64,000 bases of DNA from assembly GCF_964213995.1 (NCBI RefSeq), contig NW_027592019.1, forward strand, positions 1 through 64,000. Reading direction: 5' to 3'. Source of the DNA: Mustelus asterias (lineage: Eukaryota). Shown here one piece after another: positions 38,918 to 50,359 of this stretch (position 1 is its first letter; each line of letters opens with the position of its first letter). The position numbers and the translations under genes are program-made. Under the pieces are notes generated by a model. The model worked only from the letters and a program-made list of their open reading frames with translations. It had not been told where the DNA came from and did not search any database.

Positions 38918-39303
38918 ATCCAAATCCGCGGGAACCATCCATCTTTATCCCCCTGCCCTCGGCAGAAGAAGCCTTCACTCAGAGATTCATTTACCTCAGC
39001 TGCTTAGTGAGAGGTTTCTCCCCCCCAGACATCTTCGTCAAGTGGACCGTCAATGGCAAGCTGGTGAATCCTGGGAACTACAAGAACACCGAGGTGGTGG
39101 CGGAGAACGGCAATAGCTCCTACTTCATGTCCAGCCTGTTATCCATTGCAGCAGAAGAGTGGGCCAGCGACATTTCTTACTCCTGTGTGGTGGGACAGGA
39201 AGCCTTCCCCTTGAAGACCATCATCAGAACGGCTAAGAAATCCAGCGGTAAACCCAGTTTTGTGAAGATTGCGCTGATGAACACCGTTCATTAATGTCAG
39301 TAA
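38918..39303 (+). pseudogene. IGHM: IgM CH4 exon plus secretory tailpiece
   Basis: tctgcag acceptor; [17 protein letters not shown]...[21 protein letters not shown]...[14 protein letters not shown]...[19 protein letters not shown]. Internal membrane-form donor g|gtaaa at 39247/39248. Confidence 0.94.
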
Positions 39304-39330
39304 AAATCTGTCGGTTGTGTTTCGAGACGC

Positions 39331-39345
39331 AATAAAAATAATAAA
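39331..39345 (+). terminator. Polyadenylation signals for secretory mu
   Basis: AATAAA at 39331-39336 and 39340-39345, about 30 bp after the tailpiece stop. Confidence 0.75.
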
Positions 39346-39774
39346 GTTTTTTTCCCCCTTCTACCTGTGAGATAAACATAAAACTTGCTCATTAATCTTG
39401 CTTCCAGTGTTAGCCACGAGAATAAAAACTGCTCCCCTGACGGAAGTTACTTGCCAGTCTCTTGCCTTAGGCTCAGAAAACCTGCGCTCCAAATTGCGTT
39501 GGAGCACCAAATAACGACAAATTGATGATAATTAATTCCATGATCCCGCTGAGTAACTTCAGCAACGTTCATCCAGTTACTGGTGATGTGCAGTCACTTT
39601 AAAATATAGACGATTCGTTTCTCGTGTTGTCAACTCCATCAAAGCTTTGATCACTTCTACGTTGCCGCATGGCGCCCAGTGGGAACTGAAGTCAAAGCAA
39701 CATAAGAAAAAGAAATGAAGCTATCCTCCCCCGCCGTCGCTGGGACACTGGTCTACTTAACCCACAGATACGCA

Positions 39775-40090
39775 CTTCCCAAACAGACAGGGGATAAAAG
39801 GAAATCATGAACTCACTGTCTTCCCACGTCTCCACTCACCCACCAGAGATTGTAAAGAAAATGGCCATTGTTAATCCATTATTCTCAATCTGTCATGACG
39901 AGAGACAGGAGAAAGGGCAATTGTTAACCCATTATACTGACTCTGGCACCAGAGAGAGAGGAGGAAGTGCTTTTGCTAGCCCATTATACTCACTCTGGCA
40001 CCAGAGACAGGGGTAAGGGCAATTGTAAACCAATTATACTCCGATCCGCCAAGCAGAGAAATTAGAAAGGAACCTATTATGTACACTCAG
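39775..40090 (+). repeat. Degenerate ~52-bp tandem repeat
   Basis: ccattatactcactctggcaccagaga...gggcaattgt recurs at ~39877, 39929, 39981 and 40031. Confidence 0.75.
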
Positions 40091-40349
40091 CTGCTATTGG
40101 TTCAAATCTGTTAAAAGTATGATGCATTAAATTCTAGCTACCCAAAACTTCACCAGTGAATGAAGCCCACCCGATTTTTCCTGTTCTAAATTTGAATTGT
40201 TCTTTCGTTCAGTTTGTTGTCACATTGCAGCTCACATTACACTACATGTCTTCAGAATGAGGCCACTATTCTGTTAATATACTCTGGCAGGGCCAGTTCC
40301 GGTTCATTGTACTCGGTGAAACTTGGAGCAGTAATGATCATTTTCAATT

Positions 40350-41000
40350 GCTGACACACAGAAAACAGATAAACACAGGCATGTATATCACCACAAACAC
40401 GCTCACAGACCGAGAAGCAAATACAAACGTAAACATCAATAAATCATTACCTCTCGCAAATTAAAAAAAAACCATTCGTTTAAGACGATCATACACATTG
40501 ACACACATACACTCGCAATAAAAAACTCAAACAGGCATTCACAAACACAGGCCAACAGATTCTCAGACCCAAGCATAGCCAAAATAGTGAGCATACTCTG
40601 ACTGTGAAAAACACCCATTAGCAGACCCATTGGCAGAAAGCGAGAGATACAAATGATTCAACACATATGTGCGCACATACACATGAGTGAAATCTATATC
40701 AAATGTACACACAAGGACAAAAACATTACAATATTCATAAACACACCGGCACACAAACTGAGTCATAAACATATGAACATATGAGCCCACAGTAACACAC
40801 TCAATAACACCTAAATATGGACTCCAGCACATAAACACTCACTGCCTAACATTAACAGTCAAATACACACACAAGCAGAAATATTAAAACATACATTGAT
40901 GCATAGGAATGGACAAACATAAAATATGCCCATTGACGCGGACTAATAAATACACATAATGCACATCATTTTCATATGAAAACATTAACAATCAAATATT
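40350..41000 (+). repeat. Degenerate CA-rich low-complexity tract (a similar tract lies at 33285-33470)
   Basis: Dense acac/cata motifs. Confidence 0.7.
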
Positions 41001-41027
41001 CATATGGTAGTACAGAAGTTGCGTATC

Positions 41028-41500
41028 GCTGAAAAGGAGACATGTTGAAGCTGTACATATTGCACTCACCAGGCTCTTCACAAGAATAATAAATATAAAA
41101 GAAACACCAATTTATAATTCTTCGGAAGAAAGTGGTGAGTGTTGTGCAACTAACTGTGTTAAAAGCTGCTTTTCAGACAGAAATAACTGTACAGACATTG
41201 TGTCTGTTCCATCTGAACAAAGTAGACGACAGAACACTCTGATTCATTCCTCAGAGCAATGTCTTCACCAATCAGGGTTAAAGTGCCTTGTCTGAATTTA
41301 AACAAAGCTTGGCAGTTAACTGTCAACCAACGATTCACAGGTACATTCGCCCTGGAACCCCTCTACCAATCACAGTTTACTTGCCAACCAATCTGGACTC
41401 TTTTGTCATGAAGTATAAATTATTGCTGCATTTACATTTGATCTTCGTACAATTGTCCTCTGACTGCAAGATGGGAAGCTTCGAAAAGTCTCTTTTTCAC
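41028..41500. mobile_element. Degenerate element with inverted termini, probably Penelope-derived
   Basis: Left arm gctgaaaaggagacatgttgaagct...ttgcactcaccagg is roughly the reverse complement of right arm gtcctctgactgcaagatgggaagcttcgaaaagtctctttttca. Confidence 0.55.
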
Positions 41501-41894
41501 ATATTTATATGGACATGCGCGCACGTAACACCTTCCCACACACAGGGACACACAATCAAAGAATAAAGCAGGTCAGCATTATCCTCCTACACACATATAC
41601 AAAGACTAAAACACAAACCAAAACGGAAGGCTATAGGGACAATTAATATTGAAGTCGGTTTCCTAAGAGACACATTTTGTAAAACGTGATTTCAATACAT
41701 ATTGGCCTGTCAAAGGCTGAAAACGTTCTCCTTTAGAAACTGACGTGAATAAATTATTTGCCAAACCTACACAAACAAAAAATGTAATTCTTCCGATCTA
41801 TTACCTGTTATCATTTACAATACCACAATAAATGGCTATCTGTACTTTTCTCTAAAATCTTCTTGGTAGATCAGGAGTAAATAGAAAATACTAT

Positions 41895-42245
41895 CAGTGA
41901 CACAGTTGTTAGCTCTGCTGCCTCACAGATGCAGGGACACCGGTTTAATTCGGGCCTTAGGTGGCTGTCTGTGTGGAGTTTACACATTCTTCCTGTGTGT
42001 CTGCATAGGTTTCCTCTGAGTACTCTGGTTTCTGCCCACAATCCAAAGATGAGCAGGTTAGCTGGATTGATGTTGCTAACTTGCACGTCGTGTCCCAAGA
42101 TATTTAGGTTACATGGATTAGCCATGGGGAATATGAGGAGTTACGGGGATATGGCGGCAGAGAGCTTGGGTAATGCACCTTTGCCAAGAGTTGGTGCAGA
42201 CTTGATGGCCGAATGGCCTCTTCTGGACAGTAGGGATTATATGAC
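41895..42245 (+). mobile_element. HE1-like SINE, degenerate
   Basis: cacagttgttagctctgctgcctcacag head; ctgtctgtgtggagtttacacattct V domain. Confidence 0.8.
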
Positions 42246-43286
42246 TAGACAAGAGGCCAAATGTGAGTTACTTTAATATTTAATACGATCATGCCTGATA
42301 TTGCGTCCTACTCCAATTTCCCACCCATTCCCCATGTCCTTTGCTTACCTGAAAAACCAAAAGTATGTCTACTTCAGCCCTAAACATATTCCACAGTGGG
42401 CAACAGTCCTCTAGGGCAAATAACGTCCGAGATTCATAATCCTAAGTAAGGGAGTGACTCCTTATCTCAGCCCTAAAATACAACCCACATATCCAAAGGC
42501 TATGCCCCATTATTGTGGATTCCAGAACCAGAGGAAACAATCTCTCAGTGTCTGTCATGTCAAACCCATTGGGATGATTTCGTTTCAATGCGATCTCCTC
42601 TAATTCATTTGAAGTAGAGAGAATACGCTCACAACGGCAGACACCGGCGATGCACAAATGGAACCAGAGGCAAAGGTCGAGCTGGTAGAGATGATCCAGT
42701 ATCCTCTGGGGAAGAGGCTCCAAAGATTCATAATCATAATAAAGGAATGCCTCGTCATCTCAGACCTAAGTTAACTCATAATTATCCAAGGGATATGCCC
42801 TTTGGAACCAGCGGAAACGACATTTCAGTGTCTAGCTTGTCAAATCCTTTCGGATTATTTTGTTTCCATGTGATCTCCTCTCATTGTTCTAAGCTGGGGA
42901 GAATGTAGACCCAAGTCACTCAGTCCATATTAGTTAACTTCACCTGTTTAGTCTTCAGAGTATTGTTTAGTGACAGTTGGCAGAAAATTACACCAGACTA
43001 AATGGACGCCTAAGATTGAGGAATAACATGTATTTGCGAAAACGGGCTGTATGAGGAAAATAAAAGAAGAACGGTTGTGGACATTGTAACACCTTATCTT
43101 GCTGAGAGAGGTTAACTTAATAATATATGTATTGAAAATTGCATTATGCGATTAAGTTAATAACAGATAGGATTGAAAATTATATCAGAAAACAACATAA
43201 TACCTTGAAGAAATAAAAGACGAGCAACCAAAATAATAACCTAGGTTAACAGAAGAACTAAAAGTGTCCCCTATATCATCCCGTAG

Positions 43287-43414
43287 ATTCCACAGAGTCC
43301 ATCAGGATTGCAGTCAAGGAGGATGATAACAGCAACATCTGGACAACCGCTTCTACATTCATAGTCCTGTTCTTCCTAAGCATGTCCTACAGCGCTGCAG
43401 TCACTCTGTTGAAG
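43287..43414 (+). pseudogene. IGHM: IgM transmembrane exon TM1 (open frame)
   Basis: cccgtag acceptor; (D)STESIRIAVKEDDNSNIWTTASTFIVLFFLSMSYSAAVTLLK|gtgaga carries the conserved antigen-receptor TM motif (WTTASTF..LF.LS..YS..VT). Missed by the ORF track. Confidence 0.93.
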
Positions 43415-43906
43415 GTGAGATGATTCAATCTACTCACATTTGAATCAGATAGGAGAAGATTGAAAAATGTCCAGAAGTCTCAATTAATAAGAGCTTTCAG
43501 TTAAATGTCTCAAAGACATAAAACGGCTGTTTAGTCATTTTATTTCTCTTTGGAGGTGGAGTAATTGATTGAGTTTCGGAAATCGTGTGGTATTTACCCA
43601 TCCGTTTATTCACAAAATGGTGCTGTGGAATTAAAGTACGTTATCATCGTGATCCTCAAAGTTATAGTGCCTCCAGTGAACAGATCCGAATCCAAAATCG
43701 AGGTTGCAATATAAGCTGGATTTCTGTTACTTTTTTTTAATTGAATGAGATAATCATGTCGATAGTATGATTGTATCTTTGAGTGTCGCCATTGTTTGAA
43801 TTGATTTGTAAACTAATGATGATGTTAAAATGCCGGCATTGGACTGGAGTGTGCACAGTAATAAGTCTCACAAAACCAGGTTAAAGTGCAACGGGTTTAT
43901 TTGATA

Positions 43907-43943
43907 TCACAAGCTTTCGGAGCGCTGCTCCTTCATCAAGTGA
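43907..43943 (-). ncRNA. Minimal type-I hammerhead ribozyme motif (degenerate)
   Basis: Minus strand reads UCAC-UUGAUGA-A-GGAGC-AGC-GCUCC-GAAA-GC-UU-GUGA. Stems I and II are perfect; one core change (CUGAUGA to UUGAUGA). Confidence 0.7.
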
Positions 43944-43944
43944 G

Positions 43945-43981
43945 TCACCTGATGAAGGAGCAGCTCTCCAAAAGCTCATGA
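43945..43981 (+). ncRNA. Minimal type-I hammerhead ribozyme motif (degenerate)
   Basis: UCAC-CUGAUGA-A-GGAGC-AGC-UCUCC-AAAA-GC-UC-AUGA. CUGAUGA is intact, GAAA is changed to AAAA. Confidence 0.65.
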
Positions 43982-44820
43982 TACCAAATAAACATTTTGG
44001 GCTTTAACCTGGTGTTGTGAGACTTCGTATTGTTAATTAGTCGTTATTTCTCATTAGCATTGTTCACTGCATTTTATGTCGAGGCCCCGTTTTTTTCTCT
44101 CCAGTTTGAGATAGTTTTAGACAATTGGCTGTTTAAACGATCAATATTCTGTTCTCATTGTGACGCTCAGTTTGTATATTCACCTGGGGTCAACTTTAAA
44201 TTATATGTTTCCATAAAGTGTTCTCTATGAAATTGTAAATAAATCTTGAATTACAAAGTACGTAATGTCGAGGTTGTTAACTGCCTAGCTGCACGACATA
44301 TCCTAATTGCGCTATTTTCAAAACCGAACGCCCCTTCTCTCATGCCGCCGCTTTTAACCCACACAGCTTTTTATTCAATCCTGTTTGGATTTTTATCGAA
44401 CCTACTACACTTCAGTGAAGGAGCCGCTGTGTCACCCAGTGTTCCATCTACACCTGCCTTTTGTTATAAAGTGGCGGAAGCTGATTGACGGCACAGTCAG
44501 CATTTCTGACTTTTTCACATAATAGCCTGTCACATTCACATATCGGTTTCCATGACAGAGCAGGGGCATGCTGACCTGACTGAATGCACTGTATTGAAGC
44601 ATGCGGTTAATTCTGCATTGTCCCATCAAATATCCCCAAGGCAGACATGGCACTACATTCGAACCGAACGCTGACACACCAGGAATCACAAGCCACGGGA
44701 ATGATTCTCAGAGCCCGGAGCAGAACTCATGCGAATAATTTAATATCCAATTCTCCCATAAAGATACACACTTAAGTTCTCCACTCTTCTCTGGGGCACA
44801 ACAAGGCTGAGGTGGGACCT

Positions 44821-45095
44821 GATTTGATTTGGTTTGATTTGATTTATTGTTGTCACATGTATTAACGTACAGTGAAAAGTATTGTTTCTTGCGCGCTATA
44901 CAGACAAAACATACCGTTCATAGAGAATGAAATGAGAGAGTGCAGAATGTAGTCTTACAGTCATAGCTAGGGTGTAGAGAAAGATCAATTTAATGCAAGT
45001 CAATTCCATTCAAAAGTCTGACAGCCGCAAGGAAGAAGCTGTTCTTGAGTCGGTGGGTACGTGACGTCAGACTTTTGTATCTTTTTCCCGAAGGA
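44821..45095 (-). mobile_element. 3' end of another LINE family (possibly Rex1/Babar-like)
   Basis: (gattt)n microsatellite tail followed by a well-preserved repeat-like body; it interrupts a CR1 fragment (ggctgaggtgggacctgat | gattgaggtgtatgagg). Confidence 0.5.
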
Positions 45096-45096
45096 C

Positions 45097-45385
45097 GATT
45101 GAGGTGTATGAGGTTACGAGGAGCATGGACAGGGTGGATAGGAAGCAGCTGCTACCCTGATTTGAAGGGTCAATAAAGAGGGGGCATAATGTTACGGTGA
45201 GGTGCCGAAAGTTTACTGGGGTTTTGAGGAAAATGTTTTCACCCAGAGGCTGGTGGGAGACCGAAATGCACTGCCTTGGTGGGTAGTAGATGAGGCATTC
45301 ATCACAACCTATTAAAATGTATGAACACCAGCAATACCATAACATTCAAAGCTCTGGGCCAAATGCTGGAAAGTGGGATTCGTGT
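45097..45385 (+). mobile_element. Degenerate CR1 3' fragment
   Basis: gattgaggtgtatgag...ggacagggtggatagg...ttttcacccagagg. Confidence 0.75.
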
Positions 45386-45388
45386 ACA

Positions 45389-45662
45389 TGGGTGGCACAG
45401 TGGTTAGCACTGCTGTCTCACAGCACCACGGACCTGGATTCGATTCCCGGCTTCAGTCACCGTCCGTGTGGAGTTTGCACGTTTTCCCCATGTCTGCGTG
45501 GGTTTCCTCCCGGTGCTCCGGTTTCCACCCACAATTTGAAAGACGTGCTGGTTAGGGTGCATTGACCCGAACAAGCGCCGGAATGTGGCGATTAAGGGGC
45601 TTTCTCAGTAACTTCATTTGAATGTTAATGTAAGCCTTACTTTTGACTAATAAATAAACTTT
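45389..45662 (+). mobile_element. V-SINE (same subfamily as 8082-8345)
   Basis: tggcacagtggttagcactgctgtctcacagc, gattcgattccc, ...gactaataaataaacttt tail. Confidence 0.88.
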
Positions 45663-47762
45663 ATTCTGCAACAATATCAATGTAATTGAAGGCAAACGTT
45701 GTTTTTGTGGTTTGCATGGTGACGTGGGTGAGTGGGTCTAATGCACTCGATGACGACTCTAGTCTTGATGGACGTATGTTTTTGACTCCCACTCCTGCCA
45801 AAGTTTATTTTGTTTAGATTTTAAATCTTTTCAGTCAAGCCATTGGAGTGGATAAGTAGCAGCATAATTTTAAGTGGATTGTACGATGTTTTAATTTGCC
45901 GTGGAGAACAAGGAGAGACAACACGAATTTGAACTGATGTGGAAAAGGGAGCGTGTGTAGAACCAGTTAAAGTGATCTTCCAGTGAACTGACATGGACAA
46001 GATGGGCGGAATAGCGAGCTGCTCTCCTGCAGCCAAGATGATATTATATGAAAAGCACGTGCATGACCATGTATTTGAGTATTTGAGGACTGGTGGTTTC
46101 GGCGATGAATTAGAAATCCTTCGGGGGTGAGGGTGTTCTGCCCACACATATTCCAATCCTGCCGATATTACTGAGGATCGGCCAAGGCTCGGGAGTTCAG
46201 ATGCCCTATATCTTCTCCTTTGCTTATGTACCATTGCAGTAAAAACAACAGCCAAGGCAAGTGTTAACTGTTCAATCAGCGGGGAAGAGTCATCTACGAT
46301 GCTGTAAATCATAGTTTGAAGAACAGCTGAACGATTGAAGAACAATTGAGCGAAGTTAGTGGCTTTCTTGTGTACTGGATGCATGTCTCTCCTCAGGCCT
46401 CGGTCACTTCCGGTGTACATGTTTTTGTGTGTTCCTCCAACTATGTCAATGCAGCTCAGTTCTCCATTTTTACCAATCTAAATATTTTTTTCACATTAGG
46501 TAAACAGCATCATATGAATGTGCTTTTCAGATAAAACAATAAATGCACATCGTTAAAGAGGAATTGATTTCGGTTTCATTTTGAGAGGAGATTCTTCAGT
46601 GTCTAAGTGAAAATGGAAAGTTTCAATGCTCCTTACTTTGTAGCAACATTTGAGCAATGTTGGTCAACAATGGGCAACATTTAAATGTTGGCACTGAATC
46701 ATTGTGGTGAATGCTTGACTCAATTCGTTTGTAAAGTCCTTGGATCTGCACCTTAACTGCTGTAATTTGCAGGGCAATAAGCCGTGTGCAGGAAAATAGG
46801 ATTAGAACCGGTGTCCTTGGATCAGCATGGAAAGAATCGGCCAAATGCCACTTCTGTTCTGTATCATTTCTATGGTTCTATCTTTCCATGGATACATCGA
46901 GAGGATGAATGTGTAAATAGCCCAAACAGAAATTCCTGTGGTATTGGGATTTTATAAAATGCGTTCAGGGGATGTGGGGATCGCTGGCCTATTCACAACT
47001 GCCCTCCATTTCGGAGGGTATTTCAGAATCAGCTGCATTGTTGTGGGTCTGAAGTCACATGTAGGCTAGACGAGGTAAGGACATTACCTTCCCTAAAGGA
47101 CATCAATGAACCAGACCGGGTTTTACGACAATCGTTTCATAGTCATCATTAGACCTTTAATTCCATATTTTTGAATTCAGTTGTCACCATCTGCCATCGT
47201 AGGATTCGAGCACGTGTCTCCAGACCATTACAGTGGGTTTCTGGATAATTAATCCAGTGACAATACCTCCAGGCCACCACCTCCACATTTTGATTGCGGC
47301 CATACCTCAACAACTACAGGAAAACAAAAGCTCAATCGCAAATGTTACAGGAACAGAAAGCCTATTATTACCGTGATAGCTTCGAATGTCCGAAGTTATT
47401 TTCTTCGATGGGCTGGTAGAAGGGAGGGAAGCAGCAGAGGCAACTGATCAGGTTGTCTCAATCTTAGTGACAAGAACGCTCCATGAGCTCCTCACTCTTG
47501 TTGTTGGAGGTGAGGATGGAGAAGACAAGGGAGATATTGAAAGAGCGAGTACACTATGTTTAACATTACTTTGAAATTTTATCAAAAATGTCAGCACCCA
47601 TGATTGGGCGGTGGTTGATTAACATCGTCAGAAACATACCTCCGAAAGCTGTCAGGAGCCAATTAAATACTTTCATGTTGCAATGTACGAAATGCAGCGG
47701 CAAATATGCACTTAGCATTATTTTTTTTAAAAATAGGAAAATGGAACAGATAAGTGTATCAA

Positions 47763-50143
47763 TATAAGACCATAAGACCATAAGACATAGGAGCGGAAGT
47801 AAGGCCATTCGGCCCATCGAGTCCACTCCACCATTCAATCATGGTTGATTTCAACTCCATTTACCCGCTCTCTCCCCATAGCCCTTAATTCCTCGAGAAA
47901 TCAAGAATTTATCAATTTCTGTCTTGAAGACGCTCAACGTCTCGGCCTCCACAGCCCTCTGTGGCAATGAATTCCACAGACCCACCACTCTCTGGCTGAA
48001 GAAATTTCTCCTCATCTCTGTTCTAAAGTGACTCCCTTTTATTCTAAGGCTGTGCCCCCGCGTCCTAGTCTCCCCTGTTAATGGAAACAACTTCCCTACG
48101 TCCATCCTATCTAAGCCGTTCATTATCTTGTAAGTTTCTATCAGATCTCCCCTCAACCTCCTAAACTCCAATGAATATAATCCCACGATCCTCAGACGTT
48201 CATCGTATGTCAGGCCTACCATTCCTGGGATCATCCGTGTGAATCTCCGCTGGACCCGCTCCAGTGCCAGTATGTCCTTCCTGAGGTGTGGGGCCCAAAA
48301 TTGCTCACAGTACTCCAAATGGGGCCTAACCAGTGCTTTATAAAGCCTCAGAAGTACATCCCTGCTTTTGTATTCCAAGCCTCTTGAGATAAATGACAAC
48401 ATTACATTTGCTTTCTTAATTACGGACTCAACCTGCAAGTTTACCTTTAGAGAATCCTGGACTAGGACTCCCAAGTCCCTTTGCACTTTAGCATTATGAA
48501 TTTTGTCACCGTTTAGAAAATAGTCCATGCCTCTATTCTTTTTTTCAAAGTGTACGACCTCGCACTTGCCCACGTTGAATTTCATCAGCCACTTCTTGGA
48601 CCACTCTCCTAAACTGTCTAAATCTTTCTGCAGCCTCCCCACCTCCTCAATACTACCTGCCCCTCCACCTATCTTTGTATCATCGGCAAACTTGGCCAGA
48701 ATGCTCCCAGTCCCATCATCTAGATCGTTAATATATAAAGAGAACAGCTGTGGCCCCAACACTGAACCCTGCGGGACACCACTTGTCACCGGTTGCCATT
48801 CTGAGAAAGAACCTTTTATCCCAACTCTCTGCCTTCTGTCTGACAGCCAATCGTCAATCCATGTTAGTACCTTGCCTCGAATACCATGGGCCCTTATTTT
48901 ACTCAGCAGTCTCCCGTGAGGCACCTTGTCAAAGGCCTTTTGGAAGTCAAGATAGATAACATCCATTGGCTCTCCTTGGTCTAACCTATTTGTTATCTCT
49001 TCAAAGAACTCTAACAGGTTTGTCAGGCACGACCTCCCCTTACTAAATCCATGCTGACTTGTCTTAATCCGACCCTGCACTTCCAAGAATTTAGAAATCT
49101 CATCCTTAACGATGGATTCTAGAATTTTGCCAACAACTGAGGTTAGGCTAATTGGCCTATAATTTTCCATCTTTTTTCTTGTTCCCTTCTTGAACAGTGG
49201 GGTTACAACAGCGATTTTCCAATCCTCTGGGACTTTCCCTGACTCCAGTGACTTTTGAAAGATCATAACTAACGCCTCCACTAGTTCTTCAGCTATCTCC
49301 TTTAGAACTCTAGGATGTAGCCCATCTGGGCCCGGAGATTTATCAATTTTCAGACCTTTTAGTTTCTCTAGCACTTTCTCCTTTGTGATGGCAACCATAT
49401 TCAACTCTGCCCCCTGACTTTCCTGAATTGTTGGGATATTACTCATGTCTTCTACTGTGAAGACTGACGCAAAGTACTTATTAAGTTCCTCAGCTATTTC
49501 CTTGTCTCCCATCACTAGATTACCAGCGTCATTTTGGAGCGGCCCAATGTCTACTTTTGCCTCCCGTTTGTTTTTAATGTATTTAAAGAAACTTTTACTA
49601 TCATTCCTAATGTTACTGGCTAGCCTACCTTCATATTTGATCCTCTCCTTCCTTATTTCTCTCTTTGTTATCCTCTGTTTGTTTTTATAGCCTTCCCAAT
49701 CTTCTGACTTCCCACTACTCTTTGCCACATTATAGGCTCTCTCTTTTGCCTTGATGCATTCCCTGACTTCCTTTGTCAGCCATGGCTGCCTAATCCCCCC
49801 TCTGATAACCTTTCTTTTGTTTGGGATGAACCTCTGCACTGTGTCCTCAATTACTCCCAGAAACTCCTGCCATTGCTGTTCTACTGTCTTTCCCATTAGG
49901 CTCTGCTTCCAGTCGATTTTTGTCAGTTCCTCCCTCATGCGCCTGTAATGACCTTTATTTAACTGTAGAACCTTCACATCTGATTCTGCCTTCCTTCTTT
50001 CAAATTGCAGACTGAATTCTACCATATTATGATCACTGCTTCCTAAGTGTTCCCTTACTTTAAGATCTTTTATCACGTCTGGCTCATTACATAACACTAA
50101 GTCCAGAATAGCCTGTTCCCTCGTGGGCTCCATCACAAGCTGT
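47763..50143 (-). mobile_element. Very young 5'-truncated CR1 LINE with an uninterrupted ORF2 from the endonuclease end through RT
   Basis: Open frame from QLVMEPTREQAILDLVL...SDHNMVEF through GVPQGSVLGP/KFADDTK to AGKWS*; (ataagacc)n tail at 47763-47790. The N-terminal ~80 aa of the listed 843-aa ORF is flank read-through. Confidence 0.96.
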
Positions 50144-50359
50144 TGTGAAATAAAGAATAATTGTATCCCCTGGAAGCTGGAGAGGCCACTTTCTGTTCTT
50201 TTTGCTAATTGCGACCGGGTAACCTTGTGTATTCCATCTGGGACGGCAGACACAGTGTTTTTTTGTAAGTATTTTAAGGGCAGGAAGGTAGCCAGAGAAA
50301 GAATGGGAGCATTTGGGGCCAAAGTGGCAATCTGTGTGTGAAACTGAAGCTGTAGGTAA

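Larger units (their letters stand above)
33958..43414 (+). pseudogene. IGHM: Shark IgM heavy-chain constant region pseudogene (CH1-CH2-CH3-CH4/secretory tail-TM1)
   Basis: Four C1-set exons in order with phase-1 AG/GT boundaries, a mu-type secretory tail and a CART-type TM exon; multiple disabling lesions (see exon entries). Confidence 0.93.
43830..44030. mobile_element. Palindromic Penelope-type terminal-repeat element
   Basis: Inverted repeat ~43863-44025 centred on gtgagtcac (43940-43948): aagtctcacaaaaccaggttaaag ... ctttaacctggtgttgtgagactt. Confidence 0.85.
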
